From Gemmatimonadales bacterium (GTDB lineage Bacteria > Gemmatimonadota > Gemmatimonadetes > Gemmatimonadales > GWC2-71-9): a stretch of 64,000 nucleotides of DNA. Every line of letters begins with the position of its first letter. Position 1 is the stretch's first letter. Of this stretch, positions 1-7,672 are shown one piece after another. The position numbers and the translations under genes are program-made. The stretch lies in NCBI GenBank assembly GCA_050183815.1, contig JBFXAY010000008.1, positions 4,451-68,450 on the forward strand. The letters are read 5' to 3'. Under the pieces are notes generated by a model that was given only the letters and a program-made list of their open reading frames with translations, did no database searches and was not told the DNA's origin.

Positions 1-815
1 GAGACGTAGCCCCGAAGGTTGAGATAGCCGAACCCGTACCCGGCGTTCCCCCCGCCGGAATCGTTCCCGCCGGTGCCCACGCCGACGCCCGCTTCGAGCA
101 GCAGGCCGTTGCCCGGGGTGTACTCGCGGTCCCGGCTGTCGAAGACGACGGCCGGCCGGAGAACGAAGTTCGTCCGGGCGACACTGCCGCCCCACTGGTC
201 GCGGAACAACGAGGTTTCCGGCAGCGGACTGAACTCGGTTCGATCGAAGAGCGCGCCGAGCGCAAGGCGCAGGTTGCCGGCCACTCGGCGGGTGACGTCG
301 GCATGGAGCAGGTAGCGCGACCGATGGACGCGGTAGCCGTTGTCGTTCGCATCGTCGGTGCCGGCCCATTGGCCACCGGTCGTCGGCGCACCGGCGTGAT
401 CGGTCCGCTCGATGTCGCCGCCAAGACCGTAGTAGGCGAAGCGTCCCGTCCGCTCCGCCGCCGCGAGGGCGCGGAAGCGCCAGCCGTCCACCAGCCCCGG
501 CCCGCGGAACTCGACCCGCGCCACCCGACTCCCCAGGGTGCCAAGCCCCGCTTCAGCGGAGACCGCCCCGGCGAAGGTGATCGGGTTGATCACGTCCTCT
601 TCGTCGGTCTTCGAGATGAAGTAGGGAGCGTTCTGGGTCCGTTGCCAGCGAACCATGAGCATGGCGCCGTCGCCCGGGTTGCCGATCGGGTACGGGAAAT
701 AGCTCGACCGCCACGGCGCCTGGGCCGTCGCGGTTCCCGCGAAGAGCAGCCCGAAGGCGGCGAGGGCGGCGGCCCGGTATCGCGCCACGGCCCCGATCGG
801 CACGGCAGCCGTCAT
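1..815 (-). CDS. Omp85/BamA-TamA-type outer-membrane beta-barrel protein, N-terminal 271 codons (3' end lies beyond window start)
   Basis: Not in the ORF track because it runs off the edge. My hand translation from ATG 815..813 stays open to base 1: MTAAVPIGAVARYRAAALAAFGLLFAGTATAQAPWRSSYFPYPIGNPGDG...VVFDSRDREYTPGNGLLLEAGVGVGTGG. It has a signal-peptide-like start, Gly/aromatic strand pattern and the D-x-R-D...P-x-x-G look of bacterial surface antigen (D15) barrels. ATGA overlap with the upstream asparaginase stop (812..815). Confidence 0.55.
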   Translation of the reverse strand, partial: MTAAVPIGAVARYRAAALAAFGLLFAGTATAQAPWRSSYFPYPIGNPGDGAMLMVRWQRTQNAPYFISKTDEEDVINPITFAGAVSAEAGLGTLGSRVARVEFRGPGLVDGWRFRALAAAERTGRFAYYGLGGDIERTDHAGAPTTGGQWAGTDDANDNGYRVHRSRYLLHADVTRRVAGNLRLALGALFDRTEFSPLPETSLFRDQWGGSVARTNFVLRPAVVFDSRDREYTPGNGLLLEAGVGVGTGGNDSGGGNAGYGFGYLNLRGYV

Positions 816-1843
816 CGGGTGTAGAGCGCCGCCGTGTCGAGGACCCGGCCCTCGGTGCCGTCGTGGGAGGCGTAGCGCGAGGGGAAGAGCGAGGCGGCGC
901 CGATCTCGCCGGCCTTGTTGATCGCGTAGAACTCGATCTGGTAACGGGGCTTTCCCTGCTCGTCGAGGAGCCGCGGCGGGGTGAGCGCCACGACCCGCTT
1001 GAGGGTGGCAAGCGCCGCGTCGGTCGGCTTCATGCCCTGGCGCATGTGTTCAACCGTGAGGAACCCGCCGCAGACCATGATGTTCGCTTCGCCGAGGCCG
1101 GTGCTGCCGGCGGCACCGACGGCATTGTCGCAGTACTGGCCGGCGCCGACGATCGGGGAATCGCCCGCGCGGCCGGGCACCTTCCAGGCCAGGCCGCTCG
1201 TCGTGGTGATCGAGCTGATTTCGCCCTTCTCGTTCACCGCGTTCATGTTGATCGTCCCGGTGGGCCGGGGGCCGATCGGCTGGCCGTCCGGCACGTTGAC
1301 CCAGCTGTCGGAGGTTGACCGGTTGGCCCGCCAGCGCAGCCACGCCTCGCGCGACTTGTCGGTCAGCAGGTCCTCGTCCTTGAAACCGTAGGACAAGGCG
1401 AACCGCTTGGCGCCTTCCCCGACGAGGAGAATGTGGTCGGTGTATTTCATCACCAGCCGGGCCACTTCGCTCGGCGTCTTGATCCCCTCGAGACAGGCCA
1501 CGGCACCGGCCCGCTTGCTCGGCCCGTGCATGCAGCTCGCGTCGAGCTGGACGACGCCTTCCTCGTTCGGCAGGCCGCCGTACCCGACCGACATGTCGTT
1601 CGGGTCGAGTTCCTGGATCTTGACGCCTTCGACGATGGCATCGAGCGTGTCGGTGCCCTGGCGCATCAGGTCCATGGCGCGGGTCACCCCGCGGATTCCG
1701 TTCGCCGACGAGACGACGCCGAACTTGGCCGCCTTCGGGAGAATCACGGCCGGCGCCGGAAACGACCGGGACTCGAGCACGGGCGCGGCGGCGGCAGCGG
1801 CGGCCGCGCCGAGGAAGGTGCGGCGGGACAGCGGATCGGTCAC
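812..1843 (-). CDS. Isoaspartyl peptidase / L-asparaginase family Ntn hydrolase (glycosylasparaginase-like), Tat-exported
   Basis: Track ORF 812..2095 trimmed to GTG 1843, which directly precedes a twin-arginine signal (SRRTFLGAAAAAAAAP). Family-typical GYGGLPNEEG, autoprocessing-type TGTINMNAV and GAGQYCD. The 84 upstream codons are Arg/Gly/Pro filler. Confidence 0.85.
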   Translation of the reverse strand: MTDPLSRRTFLGAAAAAAAAPVLESRSFPAPAVILPKAAKFGVVSSANGIRGVTRAMDLMRQGTDTLDAIVEGVKIQELDPNDMSVGYGGLPNEEGVVQLDASCMHGPSKRAGAVACLEGIKTPSEVARLVMKYTDHILLVGEGAKRFALSYGFKDEDLLTDKSREAWLRWRANRSTSDSWVNVPDGQPIGPRPTGTINMNAVNEKGEISSITTTSGLAWKVPGRAGDSPIVGAGQYCDNAVGAAGSTGLGEANIMVCGGFLTVEHMRQGMKPTDAALATLKRVVALTPPRLLDEQGKPRYQIEFYAINKAGEIGAASLFPSRYASHDGTEGRVLDTAALYTR

Positions 1844-1962
1844 GGAAGGGCCTCGTCGGGTTGACGGAACGACCCGGAATGTGGCCGCCGCCCGCCGTCT
1901 GTCAACTTGCCGCCCGCGCCCGGGGCCGGATAGGTTCGGGCGCCCATTCGGCGAGGAACCCC

Positions 1963-3039
1963 ATGTCGCTCGGCCGCAACTTTCTCCCCGGCCCCACCGG
2001 GGTGCATCCCGATGTCCTGGCGGCGATGAACGCCCCGATGTTCGCGCAGTACGGACCCCGGATGCCCCCCATTCTGGAGGAGATCCAGCCCGCACTCCAG
2101 ACGATGCTCGGCACCAGACAACCGGTGGTGACCGTCACGAGCAGCGGGACCGGCATGCTCGAGGGCATGATCCGCGGGGCCGTCCACCACCGGGTGCTCG
2201 TGGCCGTGGGCGGGTTCTTCGGCGAGTACCTCGCCCGGGTCGCGGAGCACTGCGGCAAGGAAGTGGTGCGGGTGAACGTGCCCGCCGGGCGCCCGGTCGA
2301 AGCGGAGCAGATCGAGGCACTCCTCGACGGTCCCCCGGTGGACGCGGTGGCGGTGGTGCACTCGGAATCGAGCACCGGGGCGCTGGCACCGCTCGAGGAC
2401 ATTGCCCGGGTCGTGCGGAACCGCCCGGACCTGCTCTTTCTGGTCGACGCGATCAGCTCCGCCGCCGGCGTGCCGATCGAGATGGACCGGATCGGCATCG
2501 ATTTCGTCACGACCGGGTCGCAGAAGGCGCTGGCGCTGCCACCGGGCCTCGCCTTCGGCGCGGCGAGCGAGCGGTACCTTGCCCGGGCGGCCACGATCCC
2601 CGACGCCGGGTACTACTTCAACATCCCGCGCCTGGTGGGGATGGCCCGCCGGTATCAGGCGTTCGAAACGCCGGCGCTCTCGCTCTATCTCGCCCTCGTG
2701 GTGCAGCTCCGACGGATCGAGGCCGCCGGCGGCTTTCCCGCTCGGTGGCGGCGGCAGGCCGCGCTGGCGGAGCGATTCTGGCTGTGGGCGGACGCGCACC
2801 CGGCCGCGAACATCCTTTCGCCGGCCGGGCGGCGGTCGCCGACGGTGTCGGGACTGATCCTGAGCCAGGGCCGTGACCCCGTCGCGATCGGGCAGCAGCT
2901 CGACGCGGCCGGGTTCCTGGTGGGCCAGGCCATCGGCGGGGCGACCGGGCCGATGCTCCGGGTCGGTCACATGGGCGACGTGGAAGAGGTTCACCTGAAC
3001 GAGCTGATCGCCGCCCTCGAGCCCTTGCTCGCGGCCTAG
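1963..3039 (+). CDS. Class V PLP-dependent aminotransferase (serine-pyruvate / alanine-glyoxylate aminotransferase-like)
   Basis: ATG 1963 preceded by GAGGA. N-terminal FLPGPT and the PLP-lysine motif TGSQKAL. Track ORF 1861..3039 trimmed. Confidence 0.85.
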   Translation: MSLGRNFLPGPTGVHPDVLAAMNAPMFAQYGPRMPPILEEIQPALQTMLGTRQPVVTVTSSGTGMLEGMIRGAVHHRVLVAVGGFFGEYLARVAEHCGKEVVRVNVPAGRPVEAEQIEALLDGPPVDAVAVVHSESSTGALAPLEDIARVVRNRPDLLFLVDAISSAAGVPIEMDRIGIDFVTTGSQKALALPPGLAFGAASERYLARAATIPDAGYYFNIPRLVGMARRYQAFETPALSLYLALVVQLRRIEAAGGFPARWRRQAALAERFWLWADAHPAANILSPAGRRSPTVSGLILSQGRDPVAIGQQLDAAGFLVGQAIGGATGPMLRVGHMGDVEEVHLNELIAALEPLLAA

Positions 3040-3079
3040 CCCCGGACGATCATTGTCCCTCTGCTCCCGGAGCCCAGGA

Positions 3080-3709
3080 ATGTCCCGCCCCGTCGTTGCC
3101 CTCGGTACCCTGCTCGCCCTTGCCGCTGCCGGCACCCCCGCCGCGGCTCAGGGCCGGACGATCGAGATCACGCCCTTCGTCGGCGGGTTCCTCCCGACGA
3201 CGAGCCTCGGCCAGGCGACCGTGAACGGTCCCGGCGGCGTTCCAATCACCTCGGTGGTCGAAATGCGAACCGGAGCGGCCCTCGGCGGCCGGATCGGGGT
3301 CTACGGACCGGGGCGGCTCGGCGCCGAAGCGGAGTACTTCTACGCCACGAGCGACCTCGCGGTGCGGATCGGACCCTTCCCCGAGGTGATCGATGCCTCG
3401 GTCCAGGGCGGATCGGTCCGGTTGACCTACCGCGCCACGAGCGAGGGCTCCGGCACCGATCTCTCCCTCAACGGCGGCCTTGGCGCGATGTATCACAGCG
3501 GCCGGGCCTTCACGCTGGCGTCGAATCAGCTCGACCTCGGCGGCGTCGTCGGCGGTGGACTCCGGGTGGAGATCAGTAGTCAGGTCACGCTCCGGTTCGA
3601 CGCGAGCCTTTATGCCTACAACTGGAGCTACGGCATCGCCGGGTTCGACTCGAAACTGCAGACCGACGCCGTGGTGAGCGCGGGCCTGGCGCTCAAGCTC
3701 GGCCGCTAG
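3080..3709 (+). CDS. Outer-membrane beta-barrel protein (OmpW/OmpA-like porin family), hypothetical
   Basis: ATG 3080 after GGAG. Signal peptide MSRPVVALGTLLALAAAGTPAAAQG and an alternating amphipathic strand pattern through the C-terminus. Confidence 0.6.
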   Translation: MSRPVVALGTLLALAAAGTPAAAQGRTIEITPFVGGFLPTTSLGQATVNGPGGVPITSVVEMRTGAALGGRIGVYGPGRLGAEAEYFYATSDLAVRIGPFPEVIDASVQGGSVRLTYRATSEGSGTDLSLNGGLGAMYHSGRAFTLASNQLDLGGVVGGGLRVEISSQVTLRFDASLYAYNWSYGIAGFDSKLQTDAVVSAGLALKLGR

Positions 3710-3713
3710 CGGC

Positions 3714-4289
3714 GTGATGGGCCGGCTCGCCAACCATTTCCTCCGCGGGCTGCTGATCACCGCTCCGGCGGCCCTTACCGTCTACTTCTGCTGGATCGCG
3801 ATTCGCTGGATCGACGGGCTCCTCGGCACCCGAATACCGGGGCTCGGGCTTGTCGCGGTCCTGGTGGGTATCACGCTGATCGGCGCCTTCGCGTCGAATT
3901 TCCTGACTCGGTCGGTCATCGTCGGCGCCGACAAGATGCTGGCCCGGCTGCCGTTCGTCCGCCTCCTCTACACCAGTCTCAAGGATCTCCTCAACGCGTT
4001 CGTCGGCGAACAGCGGCGGTTCAACCGGCCGGTGCGCGCCCGGATCGGCGAAGGCTCCGCGGAGGTCTACCTGCTCGGCTTCGTGACGTCGGACTCGCTT
4101 GACCACCTCGGGCTCGAGGGCCAGGTCGCCGTCTACGTCCCTTTCTCCTACAGCGTGGCGGGCCACATCGTGATCATGCCCGCCGAACGGGTCGAACCCC
4201 TGGCCGCGGACGCGGCAGATGCAATGGCTTTCATCGTCTCGGGTGGGGTCACCCGAACCGCCTCGTCCCGTCCCGCCTCCCCCGCTTAA
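3714..4289 (+). CDS. DUF502 family membrane protein
   Basis: Two N-terminal TM helices (LLITAPAALTVYFCWIAIRWI, GLGLVAVLVGITLIGAF) followed by a soluble domain, as in DUF502. Start is GTG 3714 or ATG 3717. Confidence 0.7.
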   Translation: MMGRLANHFLRGLLITAPAALTVYFCWIAIRWIDGLLGTRIPGLGLVAVLVGITLIGAFASNFLTRSVIVGADKMLARLPFVRLLYTSLKDLLNAFVGEQRRFNRPVRARIGEGSAEVYLLGFVTSDSLDHLGLEGQVAVYVPFSYSVAGHIVIMPAERVEPLAADAADAMAFIVSGGVTRTASSRPASPA

Positions 4290-4378
4290 CGCCTCCGGTC
4301 CCGGCACGTCTGTTGAATCGAATGCGGCCGGCCCCCGGCTGCCCTCAGCCGACAACTCGTGGAACGAAGGAGTTTTAC

Positions 4379-5155
4379 ATGCGCACCATGCAACGCTTCG
4401 GCACCCTCGCCCTGGCCGCCCTTCTGGCAGCCTGCAACGGCGAAAGCACCGGGCCGGACCTGACCCCCGCCGCCGACCTCCTCCTGGCCCGTGACGTGGC
4501 CACCCAGATGGGGGAGGCCGTCGGCGAAGATGTGGAAATGATGGGCGGGCCCACCGGCCAGTTCGGCTTCGGGTTCGCGGCGGCCGAAGGGCTCGACGAC
4601 GCCCCCTTCCGCTGCGGCACCAACACCCGGGACCAGCGCACCGTGGTCCGGACCTGCACCTTCCGCGACGCCGGCGGCAACGAACAGGCGGCCTACGATC
4701 CCGCCACGACCGAGTCCGTCGCGATTCACGTCGAAGTGAGCGGTTCGGTGACCCGGGACAACTGGAGCGCCTCGATCGAACGGGAACGGGATCTCGTGGT
4801 GAGCGGCCTGGCCGGCGCGGAAACGAGCCGGACCTGGAACGGCACCGGCTCCGCCTCCGCGACCCGCTCGCGTCACAACAACAGCGGCGAGGAGCGGACG
4901 TACGACATGACGTCGAACGGGTCGATCACCGACGTCGTCGTGAATCTGCCGCGGACGGAAAACCGCTGGCCGGAGTCGGGTACGATCAGCCGGCACGTGA
5001 GCGTCACGGTGACGGGCGGCCCCCGCGACGGGACCACCTACGAGCGCGACGTGACGATCACCTTCAACGGGACCCAGTTCGTCCCGATCCAGGTCAACGA
5101 CAAGACGTTCACCTTCGACCTTCGGGCCCGCCGGATCGTCCGCGACGGCGACTGA
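4379..5155 (+). CDS. Hypothetical lipoprotein
   Basis: ATG 4379 preceded by AAGGAG. Lipobox LLAAC (MRTMQRFGTLALAALLAACNG). GC3-rich codon usage. Confidence 0.7.
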   Translation: MRTMQRFGTLALAALLAACNGESTGPDLTPAADLLLARDVATQMGEAVGEDVEMMGGPTGQFGFGFAAAEGLDDAPFRCGTNTRDQRTVVRTCTFRDAGGNEQAAYDPATTESVAIHVEVSGSVTRDNWSASIERERDLVVSGLAGAETSRTWNGTGSASATRSRHNNSGEERTYDMTSNGSITDVVVNLPRTENRWPESGTISRHVSVTVTGGPRDGTTYERDVTITFNGTQFVPIQVNDKTFTFDLRARRIVRDGD

Positions 5156-5178
5156 GCGGCCAACGCCGGTCCGGAACG

Positions 5179-5206
5179 GAACGGGGCTCCTTCGGGGGCC
5201 CCGTTC
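5179..5206 (+). terminator. GC-rich hairpin downstream of lipoprotein gene (weak T tail)
   Basis: GAACGGGGC-(10 nt)-GCCCCGTTC, a 9-bp perfect stem followed by TGCGTCC. No clear U-run. Confidence 0.4.
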
Positions 5207-5229
5207 TGCGTCCATCGTCCCGAACAGGC

Positions 5230-5235
5230 TAGCTT
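5230..5235 (+). promoter_or_regulatory. -10-like hexamer TAGCTT, 5 nt upstream of selO ATG (leaderless candidate)
   Basis: GGCTAGCTTCCGGA-ATG with no Shine-Dalgarno. The same 8-mer TAGCTTCC is also at 12423 and 52525. Confidence 0.35.
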
Positions 5236-5240
5236 CCGGA

Positions 5241-6686
5241 ATGCGCGGCCTCACCGACCTGGACTTCGACAACACCTACGCCCGGCTCGACCCGGCGTTC
5301 TACCAGGTGGTGGACCCGACGCCGCTCACCGATCCCCGCCTCGTCGCGTTCAATCCCGACGCCGCCCGCCTGATCGACCTCGACCCCGCGGCGGCTTCCG
5401 ATCCGGACGCGGCGATCTATCTCTCCGGCGGCCGCCGCCTGCCCGGCGCCGAGCCGATCGCGGCGATCTACGCGGGCCATCAGTTCGGCGTCTGGGTCCC
5501 CCAACTGGGCGACGGGCGGGCAATCCTCCTCGGCGAGGCGAAGAACGGCCGCGGCGAACGCTGGGACCTCCAGCTCAAGGGCGCCGGGATGACCCGGTTC
5601 TCCCGAATGGGCGACGGACGCGCCGTGCTCCGCTCCACGATTCGCGAATACCTCGCCTCGATCGCGCTCGAAGGCCTCGGCATTCCCACGACCCGCGCCC
5701 TGGCCATCGTGGCGAGTGACGACCCCGTCTATCGGGAAACCCCGGAGACGGCGGCGACGCTGATCCGGATGGCCCCGACCCACGTGCGGTTCGGCACCTT
5801 CCAGCTGTTCGCCTCGCGGGGCCAGCACCAGCGGGTGGCGGAACTCGCGGACTACGTCATCGGGTGGTTCGACCCGGACCTCGCCGGCCGGCCCGACCGC
5901 TACGAGCGGTGGCTCGAGCGGACGGCGAACCGTACGGCGGACCTGATCGCGCACTGGACGGCGGCGGGCTTCGCGCACGGGGTCATGAATACCGACAACA
6001 TGTCGATCCTCGGCCTCACGCTCGACTACGGGCCGTACGGCTTCCTCGACGAGTACGACCCCGGCTTCGTCTGCAACCACAGCGACCACGACGGCCGCTA
6101 CGCCTTCGACCGCCAGCCCGCGGTGGGGCTCTGGAATCTGGCCCGGCTGGCCGAGGCGCTGCTCCAGTTCCTGACCGAGGACGCGGCGAACGAAGCGTTA
6201 GGCAGGTACCCGGCCCGGTTCGCGGCTACCTACGCCGGGCTGATGCGGGCGCGGCTCGGACTCCGCACCGAGGAGGCCGAGGACGCGACGTTGATCGGGG
6301 AACTGCTCGAGATGATGGCGGCGGCCCGGGCCGACTACCACCGCACCCTGCGGACGTTGGCCGAGGATCCCGACCCACTCCGGAGCCTGGTCCTCGACCT
6401 CGACCGGAAGCGGGCCTGGCTGGACCGGTACCGGGAACGCGTCAACCGGGAGGGCCGCCCCGACGCGGAGCGCCGGAGCGCCATGGTCGCCGCCAGCCCG
6501 AAGTACGTGCTCCGGAACTATCTGGCCCAGGAGGCCATCGACCGGGCCGGGACGCGGGATTATTCGGGAATCGACACGCTGGTCAGGCTGCTCCGCGAGC
6601 CGTTCGCCGAACATGCCGGGTTCGAGCGGTACGCGGAGCCCTCGCCGCCGTCGGCCAAGGACCTCATCGTCAGCTGTTCGTCCTAG
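5241..6686 (+). CDS. selO: Protein adenylyltransferase (AMPylase) SelO / YdiU family
   Basis: Diagnostic YAGHQFG, PQLGDGRA, LKGAG.T.FSRMGDGRAVLRSTIRE and HGVMNTDNMSILG. C-terminus ends in CSS. Confidence 0.9.
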   Translation: MRGLTDLDFDNTYARLDPAFYQVVDPTPLTDPRLVAFNPDAARLIDLDPAAASDPDAAIYLSGGRRLPGAEPIAAIYAGHQFGVWVPQLGDGRAILLGEAKNGRGERWDLQLKGAGMTRFSRMGDGRAVLRSTIREYLASIALEGLGIPTTRALAIVASDDPVYRETPETAATLIRMAPTHVRFGTFQLFASRGQHQRVAELADYVIGWFDPDLAGRPDRYERWLERTANRTADLIAHWTAAGFAHGVMNTDNMSILGLTLDYGPYGFLDEYDPGFVCNHSDHDGRYAFDRQPAVGLWNLARLAEALLQFLTEDAANEALGRYPARFAATYAGLMRARLGLRTEEAEDATLIGELLEMMAAARADYHRTLRTLAEDPDPLRSLVLDLDRKRAWLDRYRERVNREGRPDAERRSAMVAASPKYVLRNYLAQEAIDRAGTRDYSGIDTLVRLLREPFAEHAGFERYAEPSPPSAKDLIVSCSS

Positions 6687-6695
6687 GACCGTCCG

Positions 6696-7550
6696 TCAGC
6701 GGCTGGCGAAGGTGTCGCAGTTCGCCACGTTGCCGGTCTGGAAGCCGCGGCGGAACCAGCTGACCCGCTGCTCGGAACTGCCGTGGGTGAAAGCGTCGGG
6801 ATTCACGTACCCCTGCGCCGCCTTCTGGATCCGGTCGTCGCCGACGGCGGCCGCGGCCCCGATGCCCTCCTCGACGTCGCCCTCGACCAGCAGGCCCATC
6901 CGGGCGCTCGCGTTGCCCCAGACACCCGCCAGGCAGTCGGCCTGCAGTTCCATCCGGACCTGTACCTGATTGGCCGCGCCCGGGTTCGACTGTTGGAGGC
7001 GGCGGACCTTGTCCTCGACGCCGAGGAGGGTCTGCACGTGGTGGCCGATCTCGTGCGCCAGGACGTACGCCTGGGCAAAATCGCCCGGCGCGCCGAACCG
7101 GCTGTCGAGCTCGTCGTAGAAGCCGAGGTCGATGTAGACCTTCTGGTCGCCGGGGCAGTAGAACGGACCGGTGGCCGCCTGGGCGAATCCGCACGCTGAC
7201 TCGACCGCATCACGGAACAACACCAGCTTGGCCCGCGAGTACTGGGCCCCCATCTGGGCGAAGGTCCGTTCCCAGAACGACTGGGTGCTGTCGAGCACGA
7301 ACGAGACGAACTTGACCCGCATCTCCTCCTCGGGAGAGGAGGACACCGGGCCTGCCTCCGCCGGCGCAGCACCCTGGTCGGCGAGCCCGCCGGCCCCGAG
7401 AAGGCTGGTCAGATCGGTTTTGAAGACGAAGCTCAGGACCAGCAGCAGCAGGACCCCGCCGAGTCCCAGCCCCCGGCCCCCGCCCATCCGGGGGCGCATC
7501 CCGCGCCGATCTTCGATGTCACGACTGGTTTCGCCGGGTTTCCAGCGCAT
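6696..7550 (-). CDS. YpfJ-family neutral zinc metallopeptidase (Zn_peptidase, PF04228-like)
   Basis: Track ORF 6696..8084 trimmed to ATG 7550 (GGAG upstream). N-terminal TM helix, HEIGHH zinc motif and the conserved C-terminal GSSEQRVSWFRRGF. Confidence 0.85.
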   Translation of the reverse strand: MRWKPGETSRDIEDRRGMRPRMGGGRGLGLGGVLLLLVLSFVFKTDLTSLLGAGGLADQGAAPAEAGPVSSSPEEEMRVKFVSFVLDSTQSFWERTFAQMGAQYSRAKLVLFRDAVESACGFAQAATGPFYCPGDQKVYIDLGFYDELDSRFGAPGDFAQAYVLAHEIGHHVQTLLGVEDKVRRLQQSNPGAANQVQVRMELQADCLAGVWGNASARMGLLVEGDVEEGIGAAAAVGDDRIQKAAQGYVNPDAFTHGSSEQRVSWFRRGFQTGNVANCDTFASR

Positions 7551-7576
7551 GGGTGCTCCAAGCAGGGAGATCGAAC

Positions 7577-7592
7577 CCGAAACTAGCGGCCG
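7577..7592 (-). promoter_or_regulatory. 16-nt element CGGCCGCTAGTTTCGG (minus-strand reading), copy 1, upstream of ypfJ-like gene
   Basis: Identical 16-mer at 38248..38263 in the same orientation upstream of the M28 peptidase gene. Contains the -10-like TAGTTT. Confidence 0.4.
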
Positions 7593-7672
7593 GATCGGAG
7601 GCGAGCCAGAGGACGGAATCCGGCCGGAGCCCCGCCAGCTCGGCCCGGAGGGGAAATGCGCCCGCCGGGGGC

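Noticed and set aside
73-1011. Track ORFs 73..315, 303..824 (+) and 553..1011 (-) at the left edge
   Set aside because: The region is better explained by the edge-truncated minus-strand Omp85-like ORF (1..815). That ORF has a signal peptide, coding-like composition and an ATGA junction with the upstream gene.
1407-3135. Overlapping ORFs 1407..2876 (+, 489 aa) and 1840..3135 (-, 431 aa)
   Set aside because: They are alternative-frame or antisense readings of the asparaginase and aminotransferase genes. They show no motifs and are proline/arginine-rich.
3696-3717. CGGCCGCTAG at the end of the OMP gene, sharing 10 nt with the 16-nt repeated element, just upstream of the DUF502 start
   Set aside because: The match is only 10 nt and is fully explained by the codons CTC GGC CGC TAG (LGR-stop). 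The downstream half of the element (TTTCGG) is missing.
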